In this document: one piece after another, positions 1 to 10,857 of the stretch | How positions within the stretch are numbered: the first letter of the stretch is position 1 | Layout: each line of letters opens with the position of its first letter | Origin: an uncultured Gammaproteobacteria bacterium | GTDB lineage: Bacteria > Patescibacteriota > Microgenomatia > UBA10105 > UBA927 | Reading direction: 5' to 3' | Assembly (NCBI GenBank): GCA_964527425.1 | Contig: CAZGOA010000001.1 | Coordinates: 98,435-162,434 of the forward strand | DNA length: 64,000 nucleotides | Notes under the pieces: model-generated | What the model saw: the letters and a program-made list of their open reading frames with translations, nothing else | What the model was told of the DNA's origin: nothing | Database searches by the model: none | Made by a program: the position numbers and the translations under genes

Positions 1-282
1 TATTTTTTCTATTTCTGTTTTTAATTGATCTGTTATTACTTCATCTATGTCAATGTATAAAATCCAATCATTTGTTGCTTTTTGAGCTCCTGCCATTCTT
101 AATTTAGAAAAATCTTTATCCGGAATAGATACAACTGTAGCCCCAAATTGCCTTGCGATGTTAACACTACTATCCGTTGATTCATTATCTACAACAATAA
201 TTTCATCGGCCCATTCTAATTGCTGCAGACATTTCATTAATCGCTGTTCTTCATTTTTAATGATAACAATAGCTGACAACAT
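1..282 (-). CDS. GT2 family glycosyltransferase, 5' part only (runs off window start)
   Basis: Not in ORF track. Hand translation from ATG at 282 gives MLSAIVIIKNEEQRLMKCLQQLEWADEIIVVDNESTD...DWILYIDIDE, a GT-A fold N-terminus with DxD, paralogous to 1822-2721. Confidence 0.85.
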   Translation of the reverse strand, partial: MLSAIVIIKNEEQRLMKCLQQLEWADEIIVVDNESTDSSVNIARQFGATVVSIPDKDFSKLRMAGAQKATNDWILYIDIDEVITDQLKTEIEKI

Positions 283-290
283 ATTCTCTA

Positions 291-1202
291 TTACTCCTTT
301 TTCTTTCCCCACCTACCTAATAAAGCATCTGTAATTGCTTTTTTTTGAGTATCAGAACCACTACCAAACATTCTCAATGCTTCTTTGCATAATGCAATCA
401 CTGTTCTCGTTGATCCATACCTATATCCAAATAGCAATCTATTTCTCGTCATGTAATATTCATGAACTTTGTTTCCTGGTCCACCTGTTGATCCTGCATT
501 TTTATGCCATATCTTTGAAGCAGGTACATATATTACTTTGTAACCAGCATGTGTTACTTTTTGACAAATATCCATATCTTCTAAATATGCAAAATACTTG
601 TTATCAAATCCACCAGTTAACTCTAAACATTGACGAGTAATCATCATTGAACATCCAGTAACAAATGCTGTTTCTTCTTCAGTGTCATACTGACCCGTAT
701 CAACTTCATCAACACCCCTATGACTTCCATAAATATTCTTCCAATCTATTATTCCTCCTGCATACCAAAGCACTTTGCCTAATTCATGTGAAGCATAACG
801 TGATTTATGATACTCATGATGCTTCATAAAATATATTTTTGAACCTGCAACACCAACAGATGGATCATGAAACGTTTGCAACAAAAACATTAAGGACTTA
901 GAATCGACTATCGTATCATTATTTAAAAACCACACGTACTCAGACTCGTTTTTAAAAGCCTCTAATACCCCTATATTATTTGCACCTGTAAATCCTTCAT
1001 TTTCAACTAAAGAAATAATACTAACTCCAGGAAAATGCTTTTTTATTTGTACAACTGAATTGTCTTTTGATGCATTATCCACAACGATAATATCTAAATC
1101 TACTTGCGGATGTTCCAAGACTGAGATTGATTGCAGACATTTCAGTGTATCGTGATAACTATTCCAATTAACCAATATAATTGATATTTTTGTCGTTTTC
1201 AT
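291..1202 (-). CDS. GT2 family glycosyltransferase (WbbL/rhamnosyltransferase-like)
   Basis: IILVNWN, VVDNAS, GFTGANN, FLNND, GCSMM, YLEDMD, WHK motifs. Confidence 0.9.
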   Translation of the reverse strand: MKTTKISIILVNWNSYHDTLKCLQSISVLEHPQVDLDIIVVDNASKDNSVVQIKKHFPGVSIISLVENEGFTGANNIGVLEAFKNESEYVWFLNNDTIVDSKSLMFLLQTFHDPSVGVAGSKIYFMKHHEYHKSRYASHELGKVLWYAGGIIDWKNIYGSHRGVDEVDTGQYDTEEETAFVTGCSMMITRQCLELTGGFDNKYFAYLEDMDICQKVTHAGYKVIYVPASKIWHKNAGSTGGPGNKVHEYYMTRNRLLFGYRYGSTRTVIALCKEALRMFGSGSDTQKKAITDALLGRWGKKKE

Positions 1203-1206
1203 ATAT

Positions 1207-1815
1207 TTATTCAGTAGTGAGGATTATTCGAGCATTATGAAGCACGGCTTCATACCCCATCGTTGATTTCATCATAACTCTATATGTTTTTTTTCCTTCT
1301 TCTAAATTAATTATAGCTTCTCTCTTTGTTACGGTATTTGTTTCCATTTTTACTTCACTAAACCATACATCTCGCTTATCTGTTGCATTCACAAGCTTTG
1401 CGTACGCAAACCCGTTGGCAGTGGGAATTGAAAGAAATACTTCAAATACTACTTTTTTGATGTTAGGATAATTCCCTGTATCGATCGTAATTTCTGCTCC
1501 AGGAATTTCTTTCCAGTCAACTGAAATTGTAGATCCAGAACCGAGAGTTAAAATAAATTCTTTTGGAGTTGCTTTTTTCTCATAGAATGGTGTACTTACA
1601 ACCATCTGTGTTGGTGTGCGATCTGAAAAATCTTCAGTTAGTATATTCTGACAGGTATCATCACACACATCTATTCCAGAATCGTTTGTAATTATTACCC
1701 TTGATTCTTCTTCTGCCCTACTTGATGCTTTAAGTACAAACAAATTAATAATTGTTACGTTTAGTACTAACAATAACGTAAGAAAAAACATACCAGTTTG
1801 AACCAAATTATTCAT
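1207..1815 (-). CDS. Hypothetical membrane-anchored protein
   Basis: N-terminal hydrophobic helix, CDDTC motif, beta-rich C-terminal domain; tightly packed in the operon. Confidence 0.7.
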   Translation of the reverse strand: MNNLVQTGMFFLTLLLVLNVTIINLFVLKASSRAEEESRVIITNDSGIDVCDDTCQNILTEDFSDRTPTQMVVSTPFYEKKATPKEFILTLGSGSTISVDWKEIPGAEITIDTGNYPNIKKVVFEVFLSIPTANGFAYAKLVNATDKRDVWFSEVKMETNTVTKREAIINLEEGKKTYRVMMKSTMGYEAVLHNARIILTTE

Positions 1816-1821
1816 ATACCA

Positions 1822-2721
1822 TTATATTAATTTTCTTTTCAGCTTTAACATCATTTTCATGAAGGGGTTAGTGGATGCTATTATCATTCTAGTCAATCTC
1901 CAATATGATAGTTGTTTTGAAGCGTATTTAAATTCTTCCTCAAGCATATGAGAAGATATCTCTTTTTCAATAAACTTGTGTTTTTCCCACAGTTTTGCAA
2001 ATACAACAAATGAATACATACTTTGAAAAAGTGCAAGGACTAATCCATGAAGTCCATCTTCATAACCCTTCTTGGAAAAATATATAGAGAAAAAATCAGC
2101 AAGAGGATAACGAATTGCATCATGCCAATGCAGCTTGTATCCATTTCGAAATTTTAGTTCTACTTCATTTTCAGTATATAGTGTATTTAATTTTGTTAAA
2201 TATTGAGAAACTGACTGATAATTTTCGTGGACAAAAGGTGTTTTTAATTCACTAATCGTACCTTCAATTTGAATATATTCATGTACGTGTATACATGGGA
2301 ACTTGCCCTTATTTTTTTTAAATAACCGTATTTGATAATCTGGCCACCATAAACCGTTTTTAATCCACTTGCCAAAAATAATATTTTTTCTTGGAATTCT
2401 GTATCCTTCAGAAGCAGATTCTGAACGAATAGTGTTAAGTATTTCTTCTTTAAGATTGACGGGTATGCGTTCATCTGCATCAAGATTTAAAATCCAATCG
2501 TGACTAGCATGGGTAAATCCAACATTCTTATTTATGTTTAGCATTGCCTTATTAGGTTTTGTTATGACTTTTGCTCCAAGTGAACGCGCTATTTCTTTTG
2601 TTTTATCTGTAGATTGATTATCAACAACTATGATTTCATCAGCCCAATCTACAGAGCGTAAACACTCACCAATCATGTGTTCTTCATTATAAGCAGATAT
2701 AACAACTGATAATTTACTCAT
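1822..2721 (-). CDS. GT2 family glycosyltransferase (beta-1,4-glucosyltransferase/WaaE-like)
   Basis: VVISAYNEE, VVDNQSTD, WILNLDADE, WWPDYQIRLF, VHE, DGLHGL motifs. Confidence 0.9.
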   Translation of the reverse strand: MSKLSVVISAYNEEHMIGECLRSVDWADEIIVVDNQSTDKTKEIARSLGAKVITKPNKAMLNINKNVGFTHASHDWILNLDADERIPVNLKEEILNTIRSESASEGYRIPRKNIIFGKWIKNGLWWPDYQIRLFKKNKGKFPCIHVHEYIQIEGTISELKTPFVHENYQSVSQYLTKLNTLYTENEVELKFRNGYKLHWHDAIRYPLADFFSIYFSKKGYEDGLHGLVLALFQSMYSFVVFAKLWEKHKFIEKEISSHMLEEEFKYASKQLSYWRLTRMIIASTNPFMKMMLKLKRKLI

Positions 2722-2724
2722 AGT

Positions 2725-4170
2725 TCATCTCTTTCTAAATGCAAATAGTAATGCTTTGATTTGATCCTTACGAACATACCAAACAATACCTGAATAAATA
2801 GCCATTCCTAACATACCAACTAAAATCAGTGGTAGTATGGTATGGGGAACACGATTTATTAAGAGAACCAATACGATAGCTTGTGTTAAAGCAGCAATAG
2901 ACTGTACAGAAATTTGAGGGAGAAATGAAATAGGTATATATCTTTTTATAACTGCTACTACAACAATTACAGTCCAGGATATTACCATTAATGCCATAGC
3001 AAATCCATGATAGCCAATTAGCTGAACGAATGTCAGTACTAAAACCCATGTAAACACTATCCACATTAGCATTAACCCTAGTGTGATTTTTACTTTTCCA
3101 ATAGCATTTAAAGCATTTGTTAAGGGAGTAGATAAACTAGCTGCAATTGATGTAATACATAAAAAATAAAATGACAATAAAGCACCTTCCCACTTTTGAT
3201 ATTTTGGTACCACTTCCATAAACGGACGTATAAAAAATATCATATTGATATACAGAGGAAAAACTATTAAAGCAATACCGAATGTTGCTTTTTCTAGGGC
3301 TTTTACTAATAATGCGGTGTCATGTTGTAAACGGGAAAACGCCGGAAACGTCACACGCATAACATTATCCATTACAGTCCGTAAAGGCAACTCAGCTAAA
3401 CGCTTTGCCAGAAAAATAAATCCCATTTGATCTAATGTTAATAACCTTCCTAACACAAGAAACAGTAAATCATCTTTAATTAAGGCTAATAAAGAGTTTG
3501 ATTGAAAGGGTATACCAAATCGAAACAGTGATTTTGCAACTGACAATGAAATACCGATTTGGAATCTCCAAGGTGCAATAACATACAAACAGATAAAACC
3601 TACTACTCCTCTGAGTAAAACAGCCCAAGCAAAACTCATTATGCCGTATCCTTGTATTGCAAGCACTACGGCTACAAGATTAAACACTACTGTCTCTAGA
3701 ATTTGTGGAATTATGAGTTTTTGAAATTCTAGTTTTCTTTCCAACAATATTGAGGGGATCGTCTTTAAAGATGAAAACACAAAAGAGACTAAGAGCGCCC
3801 AATATAGCCCTGTGCTTGTGCTGTCTAATCCATAGAACCTCTGAATAACAGGAGTAAGGATCAATCCTATACATATGAGACATACGACTAGTATTTGTTG
3901 AATAGTAAAGGTTGTTTTTAAATCTTCTCCTGTTAATGATTCTTTTTTCTGAATCAGCGCTGCTGCTAAACCAATATCAGAAAAATACGCAAAAAATCCA
4001 ATAACTGCGTTTACAACACCAAATACACCAAATATTGAAGACTCTAAATAATAGGCTAAAACAAACGTGGAAATGGCACTTATTATCTGAAGTAAAAAAC
4101 TACGTTGAACAAGAGCAATCATGCCTCTTGTTGATCGGCTTATTATTTGAGTAACATCTAATTCACTCAT
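2725..4170 (-). CDS. Wzx/MOP-family oligosaccharide flippase
   Basis: About 12-14 TM helices; DIGLAAALIQK, FRFGIP and VTFPAFSRLQ are typical of WzxC-like flippases. Confidence 0.88.
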   Translation of the reverse strand: MSELDVTQIISRSTRGMIALVQRSFLLQIISAISTFVLAYYLESSIFGVFGVVNAVIGFFAYFSDIGLAAALIQKKESLTGEDLKTTFTIQQILVVCLICIGLILTPVIQRFYGLDSTSTGLYWALLVSFVFSSLKTIPSILLERKLEFQKLIIPQILETVVFNLVAVVLAIQGYGIMSFAWAVLLRGVVGFICLYVIAPWRFQIGISLSVAKSLFRFGIPFQSNSLLALIKDDLLFLVLGRLLTLDQMGFIFLAKRLAELPLRTVMDNVMRVTFPAFSRLQHDTALLVKALEKATFGIALIVFPLYINMIFFIRPFMEVVPKYQKWEGALLSFYFLCITSIAASLSTPLTNALNAIGKVKITLGLMLMWIVFTWVLVLTFVQLIGYHGFAMALMVISWTVIVVVAVIKRYIPISFLPQISVQSIAALTQAIVLVLLINRVPHTILPLILVGMLGMAIYSGIVWYVRKDQIKALLFAFRKR

Positions 4171-4904
4171 GATTTATGAAGCTGTTGCCAAGGTCGAGTG
4201 AAAAAAAGGCGCCAGAGACCTTCTAAATCTCCTTGTGCTGTTTTTATCACACGAACAGTAGAACCGGGATTATCGATCCACGTTACTGGCTCTTCATAAA
4301 TTCGATATCCTGACTTTTCAGCAACCATTAACAACTCAGTATCAAAAAACCATTCGTTATCTTTTACAGAGGGTATAATATTTGTTACTACTTTGCGGGT
4401 TACTGCCTTAAATCCACATTGTGCATCAGAAAAATGTACAAAGAAAAATAACTTAATCAGGAAAATATATCCCTTTGAAGTAATAGTCCTTAATAATCCA
4501 CGTTTATACACTCTGCTTCCTGATGCGTTTCTTGTTCCTATAGCTATATCATAGCCTCTTAATAACGATCTTACTAATGAGGGAAAGTGCTTTAAATCTG
4601 TAGACAAATCAACATCCATATAGGCTAAAATATCATGATTGCAGTTAGTCCAGACTTTCTTTACAGCTCTTCCTCTACCTTTTTTATCAATATGAATAGC
4701 CTCAACATTTGCTAAATTTTTACTTAATCTTTTTGCTATTGCCAAAGTTTGATCGGTAGAGGCATTATCTGCAATACTAATTGTCCAGTTAAAATCCTCT
4801 AGATGTAACCGCAAATACTCAGCAAGAGTTTTCACACTATCTTCAAGCTCTAGTTCTTCATTATATACAGGGATAACAATGTTAAGAGATGGTTTTTTTG
4901 CCAT
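4167..4904 (-). CDS. Polyprenyl-phosphate glycosyltransferase (DPM/DPG synthase-like GT2)
   Basis: IPVYNEE, DNASTD, GRGRA, YMDVDLS, DAQCGFKA, WFFDTELL, EEPVTW. Confidence 0.9.
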   Translation of the reverse strand: MAKKPSLNIVIPVYNEELELEDSVKTLAEYLRLHLEDFNWTISIADNASTDQTLAIAKRLSKNLANVEAIHIDKKGRGRAVKKVWTNCNHDILAYMDVDLSTDLKHFPSLVRSLLRGYDIAIGTRNASGSRVYKRGLLRTITSKGYIFLIKLFFFVHFSDAQCGFKAVTRKVVTNIIPSVKDNEWFFDTELLMVAEKSGYRIYEEPVTWIDNPGSTVRVIKTAQGDLEGLWRLFFTRPWQQLHKS

Positions 4905-6540
4905 AAATGTATATTAATACTACCACGAAGACGAAGCTGATCAAATTACCTATTGTTCGAATTGGAGTGTTGGTAAATTTTGCTTCCAAGGTGCTAAAAT
5001 CCCTTGGGATAGTAATCACTGGTTTACCACCATTAAGTATAATAGGCTGCTCTTTTCCATTTACAATATAAATCCATCCCGGAAAATGAACCATCTGCAA
5101 CGTAATTTGTGTTTCGTTCTGGGCCCTAAATTCATACTTCTTAAACGTTTCCTTTTCTGTTATTTGTTTATGAGTAAATATTGGGTTCTCAATAATCGTT
5201 GTGTTTGCAATATCCTCAACTCTCGTTGGCTTCATAAAATCAGGCGGTAAATACTCATCTGATATTTTTGAAACTCTAAATTTTAATTCTTCTTGAGTTT
5301 CAAATTCCGAAACATTTCTATCATATATATATTGTGGACGAGCTAATTCATTACCTTTCCAGTAGATTAACGCTAAAACAATCACTAACAACAACAGTTT
5401 AATTAGTTTCTTTTCAGACAGCATCACTATTCCACCTGCAATAAACGCCATTGGTATCATCATTAATGTCAAAAACCTCCAAGGATACTGAAGATATTCA
5501 AACCTCGGTATTATTTCCCATACAGGTAGTGATATTGAAGTCATTAGGAATAATGAAATAATCCAAATTCCTCCAGCAATAAAAAGAAACTGCTTATGTT
5601 GTGAGAGAGTTGCTTTACTAAATAATATAACTCCCCCTAGTAAGCTTATAATGATAAATGCTTTTCCTAAAGCAAATGATAAACCATCTTGACAGCCTAA
5701 TTGAGAACCTCCAAATCCCCATTGTGAATACCATAATTGAGATAAACATACAAAATGATCACGAAAATCTGCAGTACTACTTACTTGCCCACTTACTGAT
5801 GTATAGTGCATTTCAAATAATGCAGGCATCCAAAAAAATGAAGATATTCCTAAACCAATAACGATGCCCCATAAAATCGTAAAACTAAAATGTGTTAGTT
5901 TAGATGATTTATAGATAGAGAAAAGAAAAACACCTAGCAAATACAACAACAGAATGATTAACGTTACATATCCAAGTAAGGTATGAGACAAAATCGTACC
6001 TGCTAAACCTACGCCTATGAGCAATCTGCTTAACCAATTTTTATGCTTAAAGGATTCATATATTCCTAAACATATTAATGGTAAAAAAATACTAGCCCAA
6101 TATTCTCCTATTGCCCCTCTTACGTATAATTGCACAGAATGATAGGGCATATATACATAAAACACACCTGATATTAATCCACCCATTTTCCCAAATATTC
6201 GAGATGCACACCAATACATGATATATGCTGCAGATAGTATTCCAATTCCAATCATAATTTTAGTAGCAATAAGTCCTGAAAATCCGAAGGAATAAAGAAG
6301 TCCACCAACATAATAAGGAAGAGGACCATAAAAATTAAATAAAGGGTAACCGTATCCATAACCTAAATCACTTACCCAACGCACAGGAAATTGTCCGTTT
6401 CTTAACGCTTTCCCCATAGCAACTACCCTTCCTACCTGTGTATCATCGTGCATAGGAAAAAATCCTGGTGTTGTTAGTATTCTAATTTGCGTCATTATTG
6501 TGAAACAAATAAGAATAAACGCAATAATATGTGTCTTCAT
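4882..6540 (-). CDS. GT-C fold integral membrane glycosyltransferase (YfhO/'PTPS-related' family)
   Basis: HDD motif after TM1, FPVRW..GYGYPLFNFYGP, RGAIGE, FFWMPAL, QYPWRF, EYLP, FPGW. Confidence 0.8.
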   Translation of the reverse strand: MKTHIIAFILICFTIMTQIRILTTPGFFPMHDDTQVGRVVAMGKALRNGQFPVRWVSDLGYGYGYPLFNFYGPLPYYVGGLLYSFGFSGLIATKIMIGIGILSAAYIMYWCASRIFGKMGGLISGVFYVYMPYHSVQLYVRGAIGEYWASIFLPLICLGIYESFKHKNWLSRLLIGVGLAGTILSHTLLGYVTLIILLLYLLGVFLFSIYKSSKLTHFSFTILWGIVIGLGISSFFWMPALFEMHYTSVSGQVSSTADFRDHFVCLSQLWYSQWGFGGSQLGCQDGLSFALGKAFIIISLLGGVILFSKATLSQHKQFLFIAGGIWIISLFLMTSISLPVWEIIPRFEYLQYPWRFLTLMMIPMAFIAGGIVMLSEKKLIKLLLLVIVLALIYWKGNELARPQYIYDRNVSEFETQEELKFRVSKISDEYLPPDFMKPTRVEDIANTTIIENPIFTHKQITEKETFKKYEFRAQNETQITLQMVHFPGWIYIVNGKEQPIILNGGKPVITIPRDFSTLEAKFTNTPIRTIGNLISFVFVVVLIYIYGKKTIS

Positions 6541-8150
6541 GCTCTTCTATTTTTAAATACTTTTCTTACTTTTTTTGTACGCTCATGAGGAGATTCATGC
6601 ATTAACATAACTACTTCTTTACGAATCTTCATTTTAATAGACAATGGGATTAGCATTGCTGAAACATATAATAATCCACTAACTATCGATATCATCGTTG
6701 CAATAAAGCGTGGAACTGTTTCTCTAAACTCTGTAATAAGTCTAAATTGTCCTTTAGGAACCGGAAACATAACAACGCCTTTAGGATTATCATAAGTAAT
6801 TGTTACTGGTACTCCGTTTAAAAATACACCCCATCCAGGATAATAAATACTATTGATCTGAATCACACTATCTTCAATTGTTTCGATATTTGCTATCACT
6901 TTATTCGTCGTTATTACAGCATCTTTTATCACTCCTTTACCACTAAAAAACTCGATTTCTGACGACGCTCTTTGACTAGGAAATTCCCTTACCCATCTAG
7001 GCATATATTCATTCGCAACCGTAGTTGATGCTTCATTCGTAGTATAAAATGTTTCTGGCTGATTTGTTCTTTTGATATTTCTATATGTATTAACAAGTGA
7101 TGGTATGAGTAAGACAATACATACAACAATAAATAATTGTTTAAACGGTTTTTGAAGTTTATCAATAGTAATAGCCGTTAGTAATGACCCAATTAGTATA
7201 AGAAGACTTAAGAATCTATATGGGAACTGAAAAAGTCTAGTAAAAGAATCAACTGACCATAGAACTGAAGTAACAGGTAAACTAAGAAATAGTAAAAAGA
7301 CAAAAGAGACAATTAAAAAACGGTATGTAATAGTTTCTTTTTTCCAGTTGAACAATAACACAATAGCCGCTATTACATGTGAGATAGTTATGAGTATCCA
7401 CTGTGAATTTATAGAAAAATACTGAAATGGATCAGAAACGCTAATGGTATCAAAACGAACATATCTTCGCTCAATTAATGCTGGAATCCAGAAAAAACTT
7501 GTTATACCTAGTGCAAGTATTGTTGATATAAAAACGTGAATTCTTCCTCGTACTAATCCATATAAAAAAATAAAAGGCATTGATATTATTGCTACAGAGT
7601 TATGACTTAGAATTAATATAGAAAGAGCCAGAGTAAATAAATGTTGTTTTCGACTTTCTATTGCATACAAAGACATAGATGCCATTGCGATTGCAAGCAC
7701 CTCACCTACAGATCCTCTGCGAAATAAATCAAAACCTAAATAGGGTGATAATAAAAAAGTCAACACACCTACTAAACTTGCAACACTTGTCGTAAATCGT
7801 TTTAACCACAAAAACAAAGCAATACTTGCTATAAGGACAGATCCGATCAAGATTATTTTTATTGTTTCAATAAAAGGAATCCCCAGCACATGAATAAATG
7901 AACCAATGTATAAAAATCCTGGATACAAAAAATTCGCTACAGGATATCCGTAACTATAATTTAACCTTCCTAATAACCGTACTGGAAACTGACCTTCTCT
8001 AAAACTCTGATAAAATGCAGATAGACGTATAATCATCCAATCACCATCATCTGTTTCGATGAAACCTGAACGGAAAAAAGGCCATACTAGTAAGAGACTA
8101 AAACATACTATTAATAATATATATAAAACCAGTTGTTTGGATAACTTCAT
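6537..8150 (-). CDS. GT-C fold membrane glycosyltransferase, tandem paralog of 4882-6540
   Basis: TDD, FPVRL..YGYPVANFLYP, RGSVGE, FFWIPAL, QFPYRF, EYMP, YPGW. Confidence 0.8.
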   Translation of the reverse strand: MKLSKQLVLYILLIVCFSLLLVWPFFRSGFIETDDGDWMIIRLSAFYQSFREGQFPVRLLGRLNYSYGYPVANFLYPGFLYIGSFIHVLGIPFIETIKIILIGSVLIASIALFLWLKRFTTSVASLVGVLTFLLSPYLGFDLFRRGSVGEVLAIAMASMSLYAIESRKQHLFTLALSILILSHNSVAIISMPFIFLYGLVRGRIHVFISTILALGITSFFWIPALIERRYVRFDTISVSDPFQYFSINSQWILITISHVIAAIVLLFNWKKETITYRFLIVSFVFLLFLSLPVTSVLWSVDSFTRLFQFPYRFLSLLILIGSLLTAITIDKLQKPFKQLFIVVCIVLLIPSLVNTYRNIKRTNQPETFYTTNEASTTVANEYMPRWVREFPSQRASSEIEFFSGKGVIKDAVITTNKVIANIETIEDSVIQINSIYYPGWGVFLNGVPVTITYDNPKGVVMFPVPKGQFRLITEFRETVPRFIATMISIVSGLLYVSAMLIPLSIKMKIRKEVVMLMHESPHERTKKVRKVFKNRRA

Positions 8151-8153
8151 AAG

Positions 8154-9662
8154 CTACTGAGCAGGTTCATATCCTAATAATTTATACAATCGTAGACTAA
8201 TTGTTGGATTATTTGGTTTAGGATATTCGGCAATGAGTTCTGTTTTCCATTCTTTAGATGTTATTCCGTTTACATTCATAAGTAAAAAGGTTGGTTTTTG
8301 ATTTAACTGCTCCATCATATCTTCAGATGGTACTTGTGGCATAGGCCATACTCCTTTTACATACAAATTTGGATTATTCCCGTGATAGATTTCTATTGCA
8401 TAAGGTAGTAAGCCAAAAGTTCCATCGGTAAATACAGCAATACTTCCTTTTTCTAATTCTTGACGAATAATCTCATTTACTTCGTTTATTCCGTAACCAG
8501 ATGGCCAATCACTAATTAGTTGCCCTTTATCAGCATACGGAAGCGGAGCATATATTGGTTGAAATAGTATGTAGTATGAAGATCGGATTGAAGAAATTAC
8601 AATTGCTGCTATTAATAATATACTCCGGATCTGTTTTCCCCAATGATTTAGGATAGCATGTATAGCATAAGCACTCAGTGTAAAAAGGGGCACTATCATA
8701 AACAAAATATATCGAGGATACAACACTTTCCCAAAGTATGCCAATCCAATCATTGGGAAAATACACCAAAAACTAATAAGCAATTTTTCTCTCCATTTAT
8801 TCTTCCCGCTTACCAAGCCAACTATCATAGAAAGAACAATTGGAATAGTAAGGTACGTTATAAACCAATCCAAGATTCCGTTCATATTTCCTTTAAAAAA
8901 TCTCCAGGTGTAAAATACTTGACTAAACGGATACACAAATACAGAATCTTTTTGCGCAATCATGTGAAAATATGGTGAGAGTCGTAATACGCCATAGATA
9001 ACTTGAGATACAATCGCTGCAATAATTACATACCCAGTCCATTTTGTTAACTTTCGAATCCTTTGAGAATCTTTCCAATTAAAAAGAATTAATGTTAAGG
9101 GAAGGAGGTAAAGACTCAAAAAACCGGATGTTTTATTTATCATCCCAAATCCCAGTACCATTCCTAATAACAATGCTATATCAAGCTTAACTTCTCTTAC
9201 TAACCGAATTGCAAAGTAAAGTGACCAAACCGAAAATGTTGTAGATAAAGAATCATATAAAGCTAAACGGTCATACATGAGTGTAAATGGCGAAATAATA
9301 TACAAAATAGAAGTAATGACAGTAATCCGTTGAGATTTAAAAAGTAATCTGGTTAAGAAAATAAGTCCAATAAGAGTAGCAAAACCAGCGCCGACTGATA
9401 CCATTCTCCCTGCAATAAGCGGATCTGAAAAAATACGTAAAGACACCATTGTAAACCAGGTATATAAAGGTTGTTTTCCATCTGTTAATGAAATAAACCT
9501 CCAGGAAGCATCATTACCCCCTATTTGTGACCATCGAATATATATAGCTTCATCGGTAAAAATTGGAAGAATATCAAGATTAATCAGCCTTGTAAATCCA
9601 TACCCAATAATCAATAACAAACCTATGAGTATTAGCTTCCAGTGCTTAAGTAGAGAATTCAT
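8154..9662 (-). CDS. GT-C glycosyltransferase (ArnT/PMT_2, GT39/83-like)
   Basis: IFTDEAIY acidic motif after TM1, DGKQPLY, RLALYD, KTSG, YPRY; multi-TM. Confidence 0.85.
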   Translation of the reverse strand: MNSLLKHWKLILIGLLLIIGYGFTRLINLDILPIFTDEAIYIRWSQIGGNDASWRFISLTDGKQPLYTWFTMVSLRIFSDPLIAGRMVSVGAGFATLIGLIFLTRLLFKSQRITVITSILYIISPFTLMYDRLALYDSLSTTFSVWSLYFAIRLVREVKLDIALLLGMVLGFGMINKTSGFLSLYLLPLTLILFNWKDSQRIRKLTKWTGYVIIAAIVSQVIYGVLRLSPYFHMIAQKDSVFVYPFSQVFYTWRFFKGNMNGILDWFITYLTIPIVLSMIVGLVSGKNKWREKLLISFWCIFPMIGLAYFGKVLYPRYILFMIVPLFTLSAYAIHAILNHWGKQIRSILLIAAIVISSIRSSYYILFQPIYAPLPYADKGQLISDWPSGYGINEVNEIIRQELEKGSIAVFTDGTFGLLPYAIEIYHGNNPNLYVKGVWPMPQVPSEDMMEQLNQKPTFLLMNVNGITSKEWKTELIAEYPKPNNPTISLRLYKLLGYEPAQ

Positions 9663-9702
9663 AGTCGAATTATATCGTAATTTTGTTTATGAGATTTGTA
9701 TT

Positions 9703-10845
9703 TCATGATATTACTCTTTTTCTCAATAAAATACCCAGACTTATTACGATACCGAGTGTAAAAAATCCATATATCAAGCTTTGTTGAATACTCAAACCTC
9801 TTGCTGTATATGTACCTATATACAGTAGTGGCGAGTAACTCAGTACCAATCCTACTGAAACAAAAAATATGATTATTTGTAATACTCTTGCATTAGGAAT
9901 TAAACTTGAAAATGGAATAATCCATACGAAATACCATGGTAAAAATTCTCTCCGCAGTAATACGGCTCCAAGACCTGTAAGCAAAGCTCCAACAGCTAAC
10001 CATCTTTTCCATCCGATAAAAAGTAAGAAAATCAAAGGAAATGTCATCAATTTTATTGCAACAGAAAGAGCAAGGAAAAATAAAGCAGTATATTTTTTAT
10101 GTAACAAATAGAAATGATAAGAAAGGAGTGCAAACATCATCATAACGATATCGTTATGACCACTCACTACACATTCAATAATTATTAATGGATTTAGTGC
10201 GAATAATACCGTTCCTAATAAAGCGTGTTTCTTATCTTTTATCATCAAGATACTGTTAATGACATGAATAGATACGATGTACGAACTTACAGCAATCATT
10301 TTAATTGTGAAAAGAGATAACAATAAACTGTTAAAACTGAATAGATACAACGGAATGGTAAGTATTATCCATAAGGGCGGATATGCACTCGGCAAATGTG
10401 TCCATCGCATAAAAGAAAGCATTGAATCTATACCTTGGAAATGGAGTGGTGTCATTGCATACGGATTCGTTTTGTACAACACAACTGTCTTTGCGGTAAA
10501 AATGTAATTAAAAATATCATATGAGAAAGCTGCTGGAAAAGAAAAGAATACTACAAACGTCGTTATACCAATAATGATATAAAGTTGTTTTCGATTTATT
10601 TTATTGTTGTACACAGCATACAGAAGTAAAAAAAACTGAATGCATAATCCAAGCACATTTCCTAAAAACCAGACTGTCGCAATGGGTCTCTGATAAAATC
10701 CAACATGCTGAAACACTGATTGTATATCTTTAGCAATACTTTGTTGTGATAACGTGAGATTTAAATCAACTTGTGTGTAAGAAAAAAACAATAGGGAAAG
10801 AGATATTAAGATTGAAAAAACTATACTTGTTCGAAAATAATTCAT
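9703..10845 (-). CDS. GT-C glycosyltransferase (GT87/MptA-MptB-like polyprenol-phosphate-sugar transferase)
   Basis: SYDIFNY, NPY..TP, SAYPPLW, NPL...GHND, IK, PWY motifs. Confidence 0.8.
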   Translation of the reverse strand: MNYFRTSIVFSILISLSLLFFSYTQVDLNLTLSQQSIAKDIQSVFQHVGFYQRPIATVWFLGNVLGLCIQFFLLLYAVYNNKINRKQLYIIIGITTFVVFFSFPAAFSYDIFNYIFTAKTVVLYKTNPYAMTPLHFQGIDSMLSFMRWTHLPSAYPPLWIILTIPLYLFSFNSLLLSLFTIKMIAVSSYIVSIHVINSILMIKDKKHALLGTVLFALNPLIIIECVVSGHNDIVMMMFALLSYHFYLLHKKYTALFFLALSVAIKLMTFPLIFLLFIGWKRWLAVGALLTGLGAVLLRREFLPWYFVWIIPFSSLIPNARVLQIIIFFVSVGLVLSYSPLLYIGTYTARGLSIQQSLIYGFFTLGIVISLGILLRKRVIS

Positions 10846-10857
10846 ACATAGGTACCA

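Noticed and set aside
4882-8150. Link between the 'PTPS-related' membrane proteins and the pterin dehydratase at 44889
   Set aside because: The family name is misleading; the sequences look like GT-C membrane glycosyltransferases, so no pterin pathway is supported.
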